IMG/VR virus record: IMGVR_UViG_3300013772_000004
DNA from: an uncultured virus (IMG/VR IMGVR_UViG_3300013772_000004)
Taxonomy: Duplodnaviria > Heunggongvirae > Uroviricota > Caudoviricetes
Direction: 5' to 3' (one strand)
DNA length: 64,000 nt
Both the position numbers and the translations under genes were made by a program. Of this stretch, positions 10,489 through 19,883 are shown one piece after another. The notes beneath the pieces were generated by a model that searched no databases, was not told the origin of the DNA, and worked only from the letters and a program-made list of their open reading frames with translations. Numbering within the stretch: position 1 is the stretch's first letter; each line of letters begins with the position of its first letter.

Positions 10489-13400
10489 GTGGCCACCGTC
10501 CGAACTAGCGTCAGCGGCGGATCGTCGAGCGGCACGAGCAATCGCACCGCGACGATCACGTCGGCTGTCGGCGATCTACTCGTCGTGTTCTGCCACGTCG
10601 CGGCGAACACGAACGCGGCGCCGACGTGTTCTGACGGCAACGGCGGGACCTACACGCTGATCGGAACGGCGCTCGACGCGGCCAGCGCGAACATCATGTC
10701 GGTGTTCGTTCGCACCGCGACCGTGCCGAACACGACGAGCACAGTGGTTACCGTCGCGACCGGATCCAACACGTCGGGATCCGTCGTCGTCGTCGCGCTC
10801 TCCGGGATGCAGAAGGTCGGATCGGCGGCGGTGCGCCAGAGCACCTTCGTCGCGAATCACGCCGCCGCTGCACCTGCTCCGGTATTCGCCAGTGCCGCGC
10901 TGACGTCGAACCTCTGTCTCGGCGCCGTTGCTAACGCGACCAACCCGGCGACGATGACGGCTCCGACGAGCTGGGCCGAGCTACAGGACGTCGGCCAGGC
11001 GAGCCCGACCGAGGGGCTCGAGGTCGCCCACATCGACTCGGGTTTCACCGGCACGACCGTCACGTGGGGCTCATCGTCGGGTACCGCGTTCGCCGCTGCG
11101 ATCGTCGAGTTCGATACGAGTGTTACGATCTCCGGTACCGCCGCCGTCACGCTCGACGCCGCCACGGTCTCTGCTACAGGGACCGTCGCGACCGTCGCCG
11201 CAAACTCCGTCGACGTGACGCTCGGCGCGGCCACCGTCTCGTCGGCCGGCGTCGTCGACGGCTCTTCCACGTCGTGTGTCAAGACGTTCTCGTTCGACGC
11301 GGACCTCGAGGGACTGACCACCGTACAGGTCTCGGGCACCGTCGCGACCGCGTGGCAGTCCGGTGACGACGGAGCCGGTGGTGCTGGCGGGTGCGCCAAG
11401 TTCACGATCACGGCGTCGGGCACGACCGAGACGCGGCTGATCTCGCAGGGCCAGTCGAAGACGTGGGCGAATTTCTTCGGCGTGCCTCCTGGCGCGACGG
11501 TCACGAACGTCCAGCTGATCGGGTTCTACAGCAGGCTGGCGGCCAGCACCGGACAGAGTTCCCACTCGCTGAACGTCTCGCTCCAGGACGCTTCTGGTAC
11601 GCAGATCTACACGTCCGGGCTGGATATCTGGGACAGCGGCGACGTTCTGCCCACGAGTAGCGCGTGGCAGCTGAGTAGCGGACGATCGCTCGCCGTGCTC
11701 GCTGCGAACCAGGCTTCCACGAGCACCGTCGACATCGTCATCGACTACACGCAGACCAGCTCGGGCACGACGAGCGTCGACTTCCGCGTCGATCAGCTGG
11801 CGTTCGCGGTCACGTATACGCTCAACGGTATTGCTGGCATCATCACCGACGTCGTTCTCGGCGACGCGACGATCGCCGCCACCGGAACGGTCGGTGCGAG
11901 CGGTGTCTCCGGTATCTCCAGCGTCACTCTAGGTGCTGCGACCGACGCAGGAACCAGCACGGTCGCAGTCTCTGGTACGGACTCCACCACTCTGGGCGGA
12001 GTTACGCGAGTCGTCACAGGAACCGTCGCAGTATCCGGCACGGACTCCACCACTCTCGGCGGAGTCACGAGAGTCGTCACAGGAACCGTCGCCGTCTCTG
12101 GTACGGACTCCACCACTCTCGGCGCGGCGACCGTCGCCGGAACTGGAACCGTCGCCGATACCGGCACGGACACCACTACTCTCGGTGCCGCTACGGCTAC
12201 AGCGACGGGAGCCGTAGCTGTCTCTGGCGGCGACGCGACGACCCTCGGCACCGCTACCGACACGGGTGCCGGAACCGTCGCCCTGTCTGGTACAGACTCC
12301 ACGACGCTCGGCGGCGCGGTGGTTGCCGGCGCGGGCACGGTCGCCGTATCCGGTACGGACTCCACCACTCTCGACGCGGCTACGCTCTCTGCCCAGGGTG
12401 GAGCGCCGTCGATCACTGGTACGGACTCCACCACTCTCGGGGCTGCCACAGACACCGGCTCCGGAACCGTCGCAGTATCCGGTACGGACTCCACCACTCT
12501 CGGAGTAGCGACTACAGTCGGAACTGGTACCGTCGCCACGTCTGGCACGGACTCCACCACTCTGGGCTCTGCGACCGATACCGGAACCGGTCAGGTCTCA
12601 GTTCAAGGAACCGACTCCACCACTCTCGGTACCGCCTCTGTGTCTGCCCAGGGTGGAGCGGCTGCGGACTCCGCTACCGCGTCCATCACTCTCGGAGCGG
12701 CGACCGACACCGGCTCCGGAACGGTAGGCGTCACCGGCACAGACTCCACCACTCTCGGCGCGGCTACGGTCGCCGCGACCGGTGGTGCTCCCACGAACGC
12801 GGGCGTAGTCGCCACCACTCTAGGAGCTGCGACCGACACGGCGAGCGGTACGGTTGCCGTCTCTGGCACGGACTCCACCACTCTCGGAGCAACGACCGAC
12901 ACCGCTACGGGTACGACCGCAGTCTCCGGCACGGACTCGACGACCCTCGGCGCGGCAACAGTCTCTGCCCAGGGTGGAGCGCCGTCGAATACGGGTACGG
13001 ACTCCACGACCCTCGGCACGGCGACAGTCAGCGCGACCGGTGCGGTCGCCGTTCAGGGAACCGACTCAGTCACTCTCGGCGGCGCGACCGACACTGGATC
13101 AGGCACGGTCGCGACGCACGGACAGACCGTATCACTCCTATCGTCTATCCTATCGAACGCTAACGCAGCGGTAACGATCACCGGTACCGACTCGACATCT
13201 CTGGGCACTGCCACCGGAGCAGACACTGCGGCGGCACTGCTTCAGGGAGTCACCACACAGAGCCTAACCGACGCCACGATCGTGGCGACTGGTGTCCACT
13301 ACACTCCTGCGAGCATTCAGGCAGATCTCAGCTATAGCGTCGGCCTGACGATTCCCGCAGTTACCTCGTCAGTGATCTTGTCTAACGACCAGTCACTGAC

Positions 13401-13512
13401 AATTCTGACCGTCGGCTCGACCGTGGCAGCAGTCGGCACTGATCATCTAGTCTCAGTGGCGGGATCTACCAGTACCGTCACAGTTCTTGACGACTCAACG
13501 AGGATATCATGA
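10489..13512 (+). CDS. Thr/Gly/Ala-rich beta-repeat virion protein
   Basis: About 20 copies of a ~21-aa GTVAVSGTDSTTLGAAT repeat; GGAGG RBS. Confidence 0.75.
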   Translation: MATVRTSVSGGSSSGTSNRTATITSAVGDLLVVFCHVAANTNAAPTCSDGNGGTYTLIGTALDAASANIMSVFVRTATVPNTTSTVVTVATGSNTSGSVVVVALSGMQKVGSAAVRQSTFVANHAAAAPAPVFASAALTSNLCLGAVANATNPATMTAPTSWAELQDVGQASPTEGLEVAHIDSGFTGTTVTWGSSSGTAFAAAIVEFDTSVTISGTAAVTLDAATVSATGTVATVAANSVDVTLGAATVSSAGVVDGSSTSCVKTFSFDADLEGLTTVQVSGTVATAWQSGDDGAGGAGGCAKFTITASGTTETRLISQGQSKTWANFFGVPPGATVTNVQLIGFYSRLAASTGQSSHSLNVSLQDASGTQIYTSGLDIWDSGDVLPTSSAWQLSSGRSLAVLAANQASTSTVDIVIDYTQTSSGTTSVDFRVDQLAFAVTYTLNGIAGIITDVVLGDATIAATGTVGASGVSGISSVTLGAATDAGTSTVAVSGTDSTTLGGVTRVVTGTVAVSGTDSTTLGGVTRVVTGTVAVSGTDSTTLGAATVAGTGTVADTGTDTTTLGAATATATGAVAVSGGDATTLGTATDTGAGTVALSGTDSTTLGGAVVAGAGTVAVSGTDSTTLDAATLSAQGGAPSITGTDSTTLGAATDTGSGTVAVSGTDSTTLGVATTVGTGTVATSGTDSTTLGSATDTGTGQVSVQGTDSTTLGTASVSAQGGAAADSATASITLGAATDTGSGTVGVTGTDSTTLGAATVAATGGAPTNAGVVATTLGAATDTASGTVAVSGTDSTTLGATTDTATGTTAVSGTDSTTLGAATVSAQGGAPSNTGTDSTTLGTATVSATGAVAVQGTDSVTLGGATDTGSGTVATHGQTVSLLSSILSNANAAVTITGTDSTSLGTATGADTAAALLQGVTTQSLTDATIVATGVHYTPASIQADLSYSVGLTIPAVTSSVILSNDQSLTILTVGSTVAAVGTDHLVSVAGSTSTVTVLDDSTRIS
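11960..13100 (+). repeat. Intragenic ~63-bp tandem repeats
   Basis: Recurrent GG(T/C)ACGGACTCCACCACTCTCGG core. Confidence 0.85.
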
Positions 13513-13829
13513 CATATATGATCAAGCAGGGCGACCGCTACCCGTCGTTCCTCGCCACCATCACCTCCAGCGTGGCATTCGATCTGTCTCTTGCGACGGG
13601 TGTCAAGTTCGTGTGGCGTCTCGCAGGAACGCCACCAGGAGCTCGTAACGAGGGAGTCATGACAGTCGTCGATCCTGTAGCCAAGACTGTTCGCTACGAC
13701 TGGGGTGCCGCGGACACGCTGGTGGCAGGAACGTATCAGGCGGAGATCGAGGTTACGTTCCCGGTGGGGCTCGTCATGACCTTCCCGAACGTCGGCTTTA
13801 TCCCGTTCGTGATCAACCAGACGTTCTAG
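13509..13829 (+). CDS. BppU-N-like baseplate/adaptor protein
   Basis: IKQGD...VRYDWGAADT..AGTYQAEIEVTF...TFPN motif. Confidence 0.7.
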   Translation: MTYMIKQGDRYPSFLATITSSVAFDLSLATGVKFVWRLAGTPPGARNEGVMTVVDPVAKTVRYDWGAADTLVAGTYQAEIEVTFPVGLVMTFPNVGFIPFVINQTF

Positions 13830-14115
13830 CTGCTTGGGTCGGGACTCGCCTACTTACCTTGTGATCCTGACCCGTTCACGGTAACCCCTCGTAATGAGCT
13901 CGCTTGCTTGGGTTATTGGCCTGCTTGGGTACCGCGCAAACGCCCAGGCTTTGGCCCGGGTGGCAACCGGAATTCTACTGTAAAGCCTACCCCCCATTTC
14001 AGTTAAGGGGGTTAAGTAAGTTATGCAAACCCGCGCAGTCGCTGGACTATCTCTTACTTAGGGGAGGAGTTAGGAGAGCTCCAGGTTAAGCAACCCAAGC
14101 AGCTCGCACTCCTCA

Positions 14116-14145
14116 TTTACAGACGCACCCTCCGGGCACTACGGT
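14116..14145 (+). promoter_or_regulatory. Putative sigma70-like promoter of the replication operon
   Basis: TTTACA(G)-17/18 nt-TACGGT upstream of the helicase GTG; CCCTCCGGGC lies in the spacer. Confidence 0.45.
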
Positions 14146-14154
14146 ACGGCCACC

Positions 14155-15804
14155 GTGAAGACAAAGCCGTTCGCTCACCAGCTGGCCACCTACGAGCACT
14201 CTCGCGACCGCACCTACTTCGGGGTGTGGTGGGAGCAGGGCACCGGCAAGAGCAAGCTGGTCATCGACACCATGTTCTATCTTCACGACAAGAGGGAGAT
14301 CACGGGCGTGTTGCTGATCGCACCGAACGGTGTCCACGGCAACTTCGTCACCCAGGAGCTACCCGTACACGCATGGGGCGAGTATCAGGCGTACGTGTGG
14401 AACACCGGCGCGTCGACTACGAAGAGGGAGCAGAAACTGTGGGAGCGACTCATGGTTCCCTCGCCGCTGATTCAGGTCCTGGTCATGTCGTACGACGCCG
14501 TGGCCCGCACGAAGCAGGGCATGGACGTAGCGACGCAGTTCCTCAAGTGTCACAAGTCACTCGCCGTACTGGACGAGTCTACGGCGATCGCCAATCCCAC
14601 GACGCAGCGCTCCAAGCAGATCTTCAAGCTCGCCGCCATGGCGCGCTACCGCCGCGTCCTGTCCGGTACGCCTGTCGCCGACGGACCATTCAAGATCTTC
14701 AATCAGATGCGATGGCTGGACGAGGCGTACTGGAAGTCGGCCGGCCTCTCCAACAACTTCGCCTTCCAGAACAGGTTCGCCGTCTTCGAGACTGCGAACA
14801 GGAAGGACGGACATCAGTTCCGAGCGCTGAAGTATTACCGCGACCTGGACTATCTTCACAGACTGATCGCGCCGCACAGCAATCGCGTTCTCAAGGAGGA
14901 CGTGTTGGATCTCCCACCGAAGCTGTACAGCACTGTGGAGTTCGAGCTGGCCCCCGAGCAGCGCAGGATCTACGACGAGCTTCGCAAAACCCTCCGGGCC
15001 AAGATCGACGAGAGCCTGACCGTCACGGTCGAGTCCGCTCTCGTTGCTCTCATGCGACTTCAGCAGGTCACCAGCGGCTACATCGGCACCGAGCTGACGC
15101 CACGTCCAGCGCTCGGAATGTCGGTAATCTGGCGCGGACCAGTACACATGATCTACGGCGTCATCGATGATCTCAGCGAGGCGGTCGCCGTGGTTCGTGG
15201 TCCCCGAGTTCAGTACGGCGAGACCATCCCGTCCGCGGATGACAACGAGGACTGGACCCAGCAGGTTCGGCTCGACGATCCACAGTTATTCCTGCTCGCG
15301 GAGGCCGAGACAGCAATCCTTAACATCTTTCCCGAGGACAGCCACAACCCTCGTCTCCGGGCACTGGAGGCCGTGCTGGATCCTATCACCCACAAGGTCA
15401 TCGTGTGGGCGCGGTACACCCGGGACATCGACGGCATCATGCGGATGCTGGGCGACCGCGCCGTGCGGTACGACGGTCAGACCAAGACTGCCGAGCGCGA
15501 GGCTGCACTGACTCGCTTTCGTGGAGATCCAAGCGTTCAGTACTTCGTGGCCAATCCCATGACACTGTCCATGGGCGTGACGCTCACGCAGGCTAAGACA
15601 GTGGTGTACTATAGTAACACGTTCCAGCTCGAGAAGAGACTACAGTCCGAGGATCGTGCTCACCGTATCGGTCAGGACGTCAGTGTCAGCGTGATCGATC
15701 TCGTGGCGCGAGACACGGTAGACTCGAAGATCGTGACGTCGCTACGCAAGAAGTTCAATCTGGCTGCTCAGGTCAACGGTGATCGTGCGAGAGACTGGAT
15801 TTAG
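14155..15804 (+). CDS. SNF2-family (SF2) DNA helicase
   Basis: EQGTGKS, LDES, LSGTP and QSEDRAHRIGQ motifs. Confidence 0.93.
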   Translation: MKTKPFAHQLATYEHSRDRTYFGVWWEQGTGKSKLVIDTMFYLHDKREITGVLLIAPNGVHGNFVTQELPVHAWGEYQAYVWNTGASTTKREQKLWERLMVPSPLIQVLVMSYDAVARTKQGMDVATQFLKCHKSLAVLDESTAIANPTTQRSKQIFKLAAMARYRRVLSGTPVADGPFKIFNQMRWLDEAYWKSAGLSNNFAFQNRFAVFETANRKDGHQFRALKYYRDLDYLHRLIAPHSNRVLKEDVLDLPPKLYSTVEFELAPEQRRIYDELRKTLRAKIDESLTVTVESALVALMRLQQVTSGYIGTELTPRPALGMSVIWRGPVHMIYGVIDDLSEAVAVVRGPRVQYGETIPSADDNEDWTQQVRLDDPQLFLLAEAETAILNIFPEDSHNPRLRALEAVLDPITHKVIVWARYTRDIDGIMRMLGDRAVRYDGQTKTAEREAALTRFRGDPSVQYFVANPMTLSMGVTLTQAKTVVYYSNTFQLEKRLQSEDRAHRIGQDVSVSVIDLVARDTVDSKIVTSLRKKFNLAAQVNGDRARDWI

Positions 15805-15861
15805 TGCGCAACACTATATAGGCACAGAGTGCTTGTTTGGAGACACTCGCAGGCGTAGGGT

Positions 15862-16446
15862 ATGTTTCCGATGGAAAAACAGCACGACTACAGCGGTTTT
15901 GAGGAGGAGCCGGACACCGACCAGGTTCGTATCCTCAACTCACTAGTAGAGCAGCTCGTCGTCGCCGACGCCCAGGAGACCGAGCTAGAGGAGCGGCTGA
16001 AGGTCGCCAAGAAGCTGGCTCAGGACCTACGCGAGAACACCATCCCCGCCCAGATGGAGCAGATGGGTCTCAAGGAGATTGTCACTGCGGCGGGCGTGCG
16101 GGTGCAGCTGAAGACGGACGTACAGGCGAGCTTCTTCGCGAAGGACCCGTCGAAGCGCGAGCCGGCGTTCCAGTGGCTCAGAGACCACGACCACGACGGT
16201 CTCATCAAGAACGTGGTCAGCGCGCAGTTCGATCGCGAGGAGCAGGGCGTCGCCGAGAAGTTCGCCGCCTACTGCAAGGCATTCAGCGAGCCGGTCGACG
16301 TTCAGCAGAAGCGAGACATTCACAACCAGACACTCTGTGCGTTCCTGCGTGAGCAGTTGCGCGAGGGTCATCCGCCGCCGCTCGAGCTGTTCGGCGCGCG
16401 TGAGTACAAGAAGGTTCTCATCGACACGAAGGCGTCGAAGAAGTAA
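15862..16446 (+). CDS. Conserved phage replication-module protein
   Basis: AFQWLRDHDHDGLIKN...IHNQTL pattern; position between helicase and SSB-like gene. Confidence 0.65.
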   Translation: MFPMEKQHDYSGFEEEPDTDQVRILNSLVEQLVVADAQETELEERLKVAKKLAQDLRENTIPAQMEQMGLKEIVTAAGVRVQLKTDVQASFFAKDPSKREPAFQWLRDHDHDGLIKNVVSAQFDREEQGVAEKFAAYCKAFSEPVDVQQKRDIHNQTLCAFLREQLREGHPPPLELFGAREYKKVLIDTKASKK

Positions 16447-16517
16447 GTAGGGGAATTCTCCCCGTCCAACACGGTGGCCTCGGCCCCCGAACCAGGAAAC
16501 AGGAAAGACAGGATACA

Positions 16518-17396
16518 GTGGCAAAGAAAACGACCTCAGAGACCGCGATGACCACGACCACCGCAGAGACCAGCACGGAGCTCACACCGTTCGACTACGG
16601 CGACGACGCCGTGGACGTCGGGCAGGTAGCGCCAGGCTACGAGGGCCAGACCACGGACGACCAGGCTCTGGCGTTCATCAAGCTCCTGCAGCCGGGTAGC
16701 CCGGAGGTGGCGAAGCAGAGCGTTCCCGGCGCGGCTGCCGGCGTCTACCTCAACAAGCTCAACGGGCGCATGTGGAAGAACCCAGAGGGTATCCTGTGGG
16801 TCAGCGCCAGCACGAAGCACGAGTACGTTCAGTGGCGTCACAAGGACAACGGCGGCGGCATCCAGGGTCGATTCTCCATCGACTCGCCCGAGGTGGCCAA
16901 GGCCAAGAGCGCGTCGAAGGAGTTCGGTGTCTACCAGATTCCCGCGGAGGGCGGTAAGGACGGCTTCGACGATCTCGTCGAGACCTTCTACTCGTTCGGC
17001 ATCTGCCTGGACGAGGACTACAACCCGCTCAACGCCGGTATCATGACGTTCGTGTCGTCGCATATCAAGCCCTACAGGGCGTGGATGTCGCAGATCCGGA
17101 TGCACACGGTTCCGGCGCCGGGTGGCGGCAAGAAGATTCCGCCGATGTACTCCCACCTCTGTCGCTTCACCTCGCAGATGAAGGAGAAGGGCGACAACGT
17201 GTACTTCGTTCCCGTCTTCGCACCGGCGATCGAGGGTAGCATCAGCAAGTCGATGCTCGCTCCAGACAGCGAGGCGTTCAAGCTGGCACGTGGCGTCTAC
17301 GAGAGCATCAAGGCTGGCTCGGCCAAGATCGACTACTCGCAGGAGGACGGCACGGGCGGCGACGATGGCGGCGAGCCGGCCGCGAAGGTCTTCTGA
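16518..17396 (+). CDS. ssDNA-binding / annealing-like protein
   Basis: FIKLLQPGSPEV motif; acidic tail ending in F; strongly biased codons. Confidence 0.6.
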   Translation: MAKKTTSETAMTTTTAETSTELTPFDYGDDAVDVGQVAPGYEGQTTDDQALAFIKLLQPGSPEVAKQSVPGAAAGVYLNKLNGRMWKNPEGILWVSASTKHEYVQWRHKDNGGGIQGRFSIDSPEVAKAKSASKEFGVYQIPAEGGKDGFDDLVETFYSFGICLDEDYNPLNAGIMTFVSSHIKPYRAWMSQIRMHTVPAPGGGKKIPPMYSHLCRFTSQMKEKGDNVYFVPVFAPAIEGSISKSMLAPDSEAFKLARGVYESIKAGSAKIDYSQEDGTGGDDGGEPAAKVF

Positions 17397-17402
17397 GGCA
17401 CA

Positions 17403-17427
17403 CCCTCCGGGCATATGGCCCGGAGGG
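17403..17427 (+). terminator. GC-rich hairpin after the SSB-like gene
   Basis: CCCTCCGGGC-ATATG-GCCCGGAGGG, perfect 10-bp stem; weak U tail. Confidence 0.55.
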
Positions 17428-17431
17428 TTCT

Positions 17432-17508
17432 GGTGCCGACATGGTATGACTCGAGAGGTATCTGCTCATTACCAGACCGAGTCAGTGGTTCGAGTCCACA
17501 CGGCACCA
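17432..17508 (+). ncRNA. tRNA-like element with atypical D arm
   Basis: Acceptor stem GGTGCCG/CGGCACC-A; T arm GTGG-TTCGAGT-CCAC; internal CTCATTA loop. Confidence 0.55.
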
Positions 17509-17511
17509 CGC

Positions 17512-18762
17512 ATGGAATGGTCAAGTGAACAAGAACACGTCCTCCAGGAGGTCGGCGAGTGGCTGCGTAAGCCGTTCGACGAGAACGATCAGATCAAGTA
17601 CGTAGGGGGCTACGCGGGAGTAGGAAAGACGACTCTCGCGAAGCACCTCGCGGCCTCGTCGAACAAGTCGTGCATGTTCGCGGCCTACACCGGGAAAGCA
17701 AGCTACGTGATGAGGTCGAAGGGTTGCGATCCCTGCAAGACGATTCACTCGCTCATCTACAAGCCGGCCGGCGAGTCCAAGAGCGACGCGCTGCACGAGG
17801 TCGAGGAGGAACTCCTCGCACTGACCTTCTCGAAAGAGGACGAGGAGGCTCGGCTGCGTAAGAAGGAGCAGCTGTCGGCGCGGCGCAACGCGCTGCTCAT
17901 CCGCGACCGACCCAAGCCGATGTTCTCGCTGAACGTGGACAGCGAGCTCAACGACTACGACGTTCTAATCATCGACGAGTGCTCGATGGTCGATCAGCAG
18001 ATGGGTGAGGATCTCCTGTCGTTCCGCAAGAAGATCCTGGTGCTGGGCGATCCCGCGCAGCTACCTCCAGTCGGCGCGGGAGGATACTTCACGAAGCGAA
18101 AGACCGACTACCTACTCACGCAGATTCACCGACAGGCGAAGGAGTCTGGCATTCTGCGGATGGCCACCGACATCCGCACGACCGGAACCTACAACCACAC
18201 TCCGGGCTACTACGGCCCGGACGCGGTGGCACTCGCGAAGTCAACGATAACTGATCTCCAGCAGCAGGTGCTAGAGGCCGACCAGCTGCTCGTCGGCAAG
18301 AACGTCACCCGACACCTCGCGAACGCGCGCTACCGTGAGCTTCAGGGCAAGACCAACCTCTGGCCAGAGCCCGGAGACAAGGTGGTGTGTCTGCGCAACG
18401 AGACCAAGAAGGGTCTCCTGAACGGCTCGCTCTGGCGAGTTCACGAGTCGATGTACGAGGACAGCATCATGGCCGTCGACTTCACTATCTCGTCCGAGGA
18501 GGACGGCATGGCCGGGGTAACGACACGAGCGTGGGCGCACCACTTCATGGGGCAGGAGGACCAGCTCAAGCTCAAGCAGTGGGGTCGTCGAGACTGCTCC
18601 GAGTTCGACTACGGGTACGGACTCACGGTACACAAGTCGCAGGGCTCTCAGTGGGACAGCGTCGTTCTGTTCGACGAGAGCTACGCCTTCCGGTCCGACG
18701 CCAGGAAATGGCTCTACACGGCGGTGACGCGCGCGGCGAAGAATATCCTGGTAGCGTTCTGA
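17512..18762 (+). CDS. Dda/RecD-like SF1 helicase
   Basis: GYAGVGKTT, IIDECSM, LGDPAQL, TVHKSQGSQW and LYTAVTRA motifs. Confidence 0.93.
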   Translation: MEWSSEQEHVLQEVGEWLRKPFDENDQIKYVGGYAGVGKTTLAKHLAASSNKSCMFAAYTGKASYVMRSKGCDPCKTIHSLIYKPAGESKSDALHEVEEELLALTFSKEDEEARLRKKEQLSARRNALLIRDRPKPMFSLNVDSELNDYDVLIIDECSMVDQQMGEDLLSFRKKILVLGDPAQLPPVGAGGYFTKRKTDYLLTQIHRQAKESGILRMATDIRTTGTYNHTPGYYGPDAVALAKSTITDLQQQVLEADQLLVGKNVTRHLANARYRELQGKTNLWPEPGDKVVCLRNETKKGLLNGSLWRVHESMYEDSIMAVDFTISSEEDGMAGVTTRAWAHHFMGQEDQLKLKQWGRRDCSEFDYGYGLTVHKSQGSQWDSVVLFDESYAFRSDARKWLYTAVTRAAKNILVAF

Positions 18763-19007
18763 TGCTGCTCTCCAAGCAGATCGAGGCTATCAGGCTGCGA
18801 GACGAGGGCTGGACCATCGCCGCCATCGCGGAGAAGCTGGGCGTGTGGCCGACGTCCGTGCGCTGGATGCTCAACCGTGGCGAGCTGCTGGAGCGAGAGC
18901 GCGAGCGGCGTCGCGATCAGGGCATGCTTCCGACGAACTGCGGGAAGTGCGGGAAGCTGGATCACAACTCGCTGTCCTGTGGCGTGGCCAGGAGGAGACG
19001 AAAGTGA
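18762..19007 (+). CDS. HTH + CCHC zinc-knuckle protein
   Basis: LRDEGWTIAAIAEKLGV HTH; CGKCGKLDHNSLSC. Confidence 0.75.
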   Translation: MLLSKQIEAIRLRDEGWTIAAIAEKLGVWPTSVRWMLNRGELLERERERRRDQGMLPTNCGKCGKLDHNSLSCGVARRRRK

Positions 19008-19531
19008 CAGAGTTAGAGGAACGACTGGCACTCAAGTGGTTCGGTCTCGACGCCAAGACGATCGACCCGAACACGCATGCGTGGATCGTCGGAGAGGCAC
19101 CTGGCAAGAACACTCGGTCCTATCTGCCGATGTTCCCCTATCCACGAACCTCGTCCGGAGGCCGACTGCTACAGCTGTCCGGTCTCACGCCGGCGGAGTA
19201 CTTCACGATTCAGCGCCGCAACCTGATCGAGGAGTACCCCGGCATCTGGCCGAAGTTTGAGGCGAAGAAGCAGGCGCAGAACATTCTCGAGGACATGCCC
19301 AGAGGTAGTCGGGTGGTTCTGCTCGGGAGAAGGGTCGGCGAGGCGTTCGGCTTCACTCAGTACTTCCAGCACGAGACGCACGCCGGATCGGTCTACGCCA
19401 TCCTGCCACACCCCTCCGGGCTAAATCGCGAGCTGAACGACGAGAGAGTCAAGGCGGCTATCAGGATGGCGATGCATTGGGTCGCAGGGTACACGATCGA
19501 GACAGCGAGGAGCAGACTAAGTGGGTCGTAA
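19004..19531 (+). CDS. Uracil-DNA-glycosylase-superfamily protein
   Basis: IVGEAPG motif A, SGGRL, VVLLG, LPHPSG motif B. Confidence 0.8.
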   Translation: MTELEERLALKWFGLDAKTIDPNTHAWIVGEAPGKNTRSYLPMFPYPRTSSGGRLLQLSGLTPAEYFTIQRRNLIEEYPGIWPKFEAKKQAQNILEDMPRGSRVVLLGRRVGEAFGFTQYFQHETHAGSVYAILPHPSGLNRELNDERVKAAIRMAMHWVAGYTIETARSRLSGS

Positions 19532-19883
19532 GAAGCAGTACGGTGATCCTCATACGACACACGGTATGTGCAGAACTCCTGAGTATGTTTCATGGTGTGC
19601 GATGAAGAATCGTGTTGATCTTATTTCTTCTAAGTCTTACTCTAACTATGGAGGACGTGGGATTAGATACTGTGAGCGATGGCAGAAGTTTGAGAACTTC
19701 TATGCTGACATGGGTCCACGCCTTGATGGTATGACTCTTGATCGTATCGATAGTAATGGTAACTACGAGCCATCCAACTGCCGCTGGGCTACTCGCACTG
19801 AGCAGAATTTAAACAGAAGATCCTTACGATGCAGCATCTGTGGATCAGTCAATCATAATAGGAGAACCTGTGCTGACCGATGA
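19521..19883 (+). CDS. HNH homing endonuclease with zinc knuckle
   Basis: YGGRGI...TLDRIDSNGNYEPSNCRWAT; low GC. Confidence 0.88.
   Translation: MGRKKQYGDPHTTHGMCRTPEYVSWCAMKNRVDLISSKSYSNYGGRGIRYCERWQKFENFYADMGPRLDGMTLDRIDSNGNYEPSNCRWATRTEQNLNRRSLRCSICGSVNHNRRTCADR

Noticed and set aside
11960..13100. Possible DGR template/variable repeats
   Set aside because: Repeats are in-frame, differences are not adenine-specific, and no reverse transcriptase is visible
15085..15330. Intein in the helicase
   Set aside because: No N-terminal Cys/Ser block and no His-Asn C-terminus
17432..17508. Canonical tRNA-Met call
   Set aside because: No D stem, a 4-bp anticodon stem with an 8-nt loop, and no encoded CCA after the discriminator; kept only as tRNA-like
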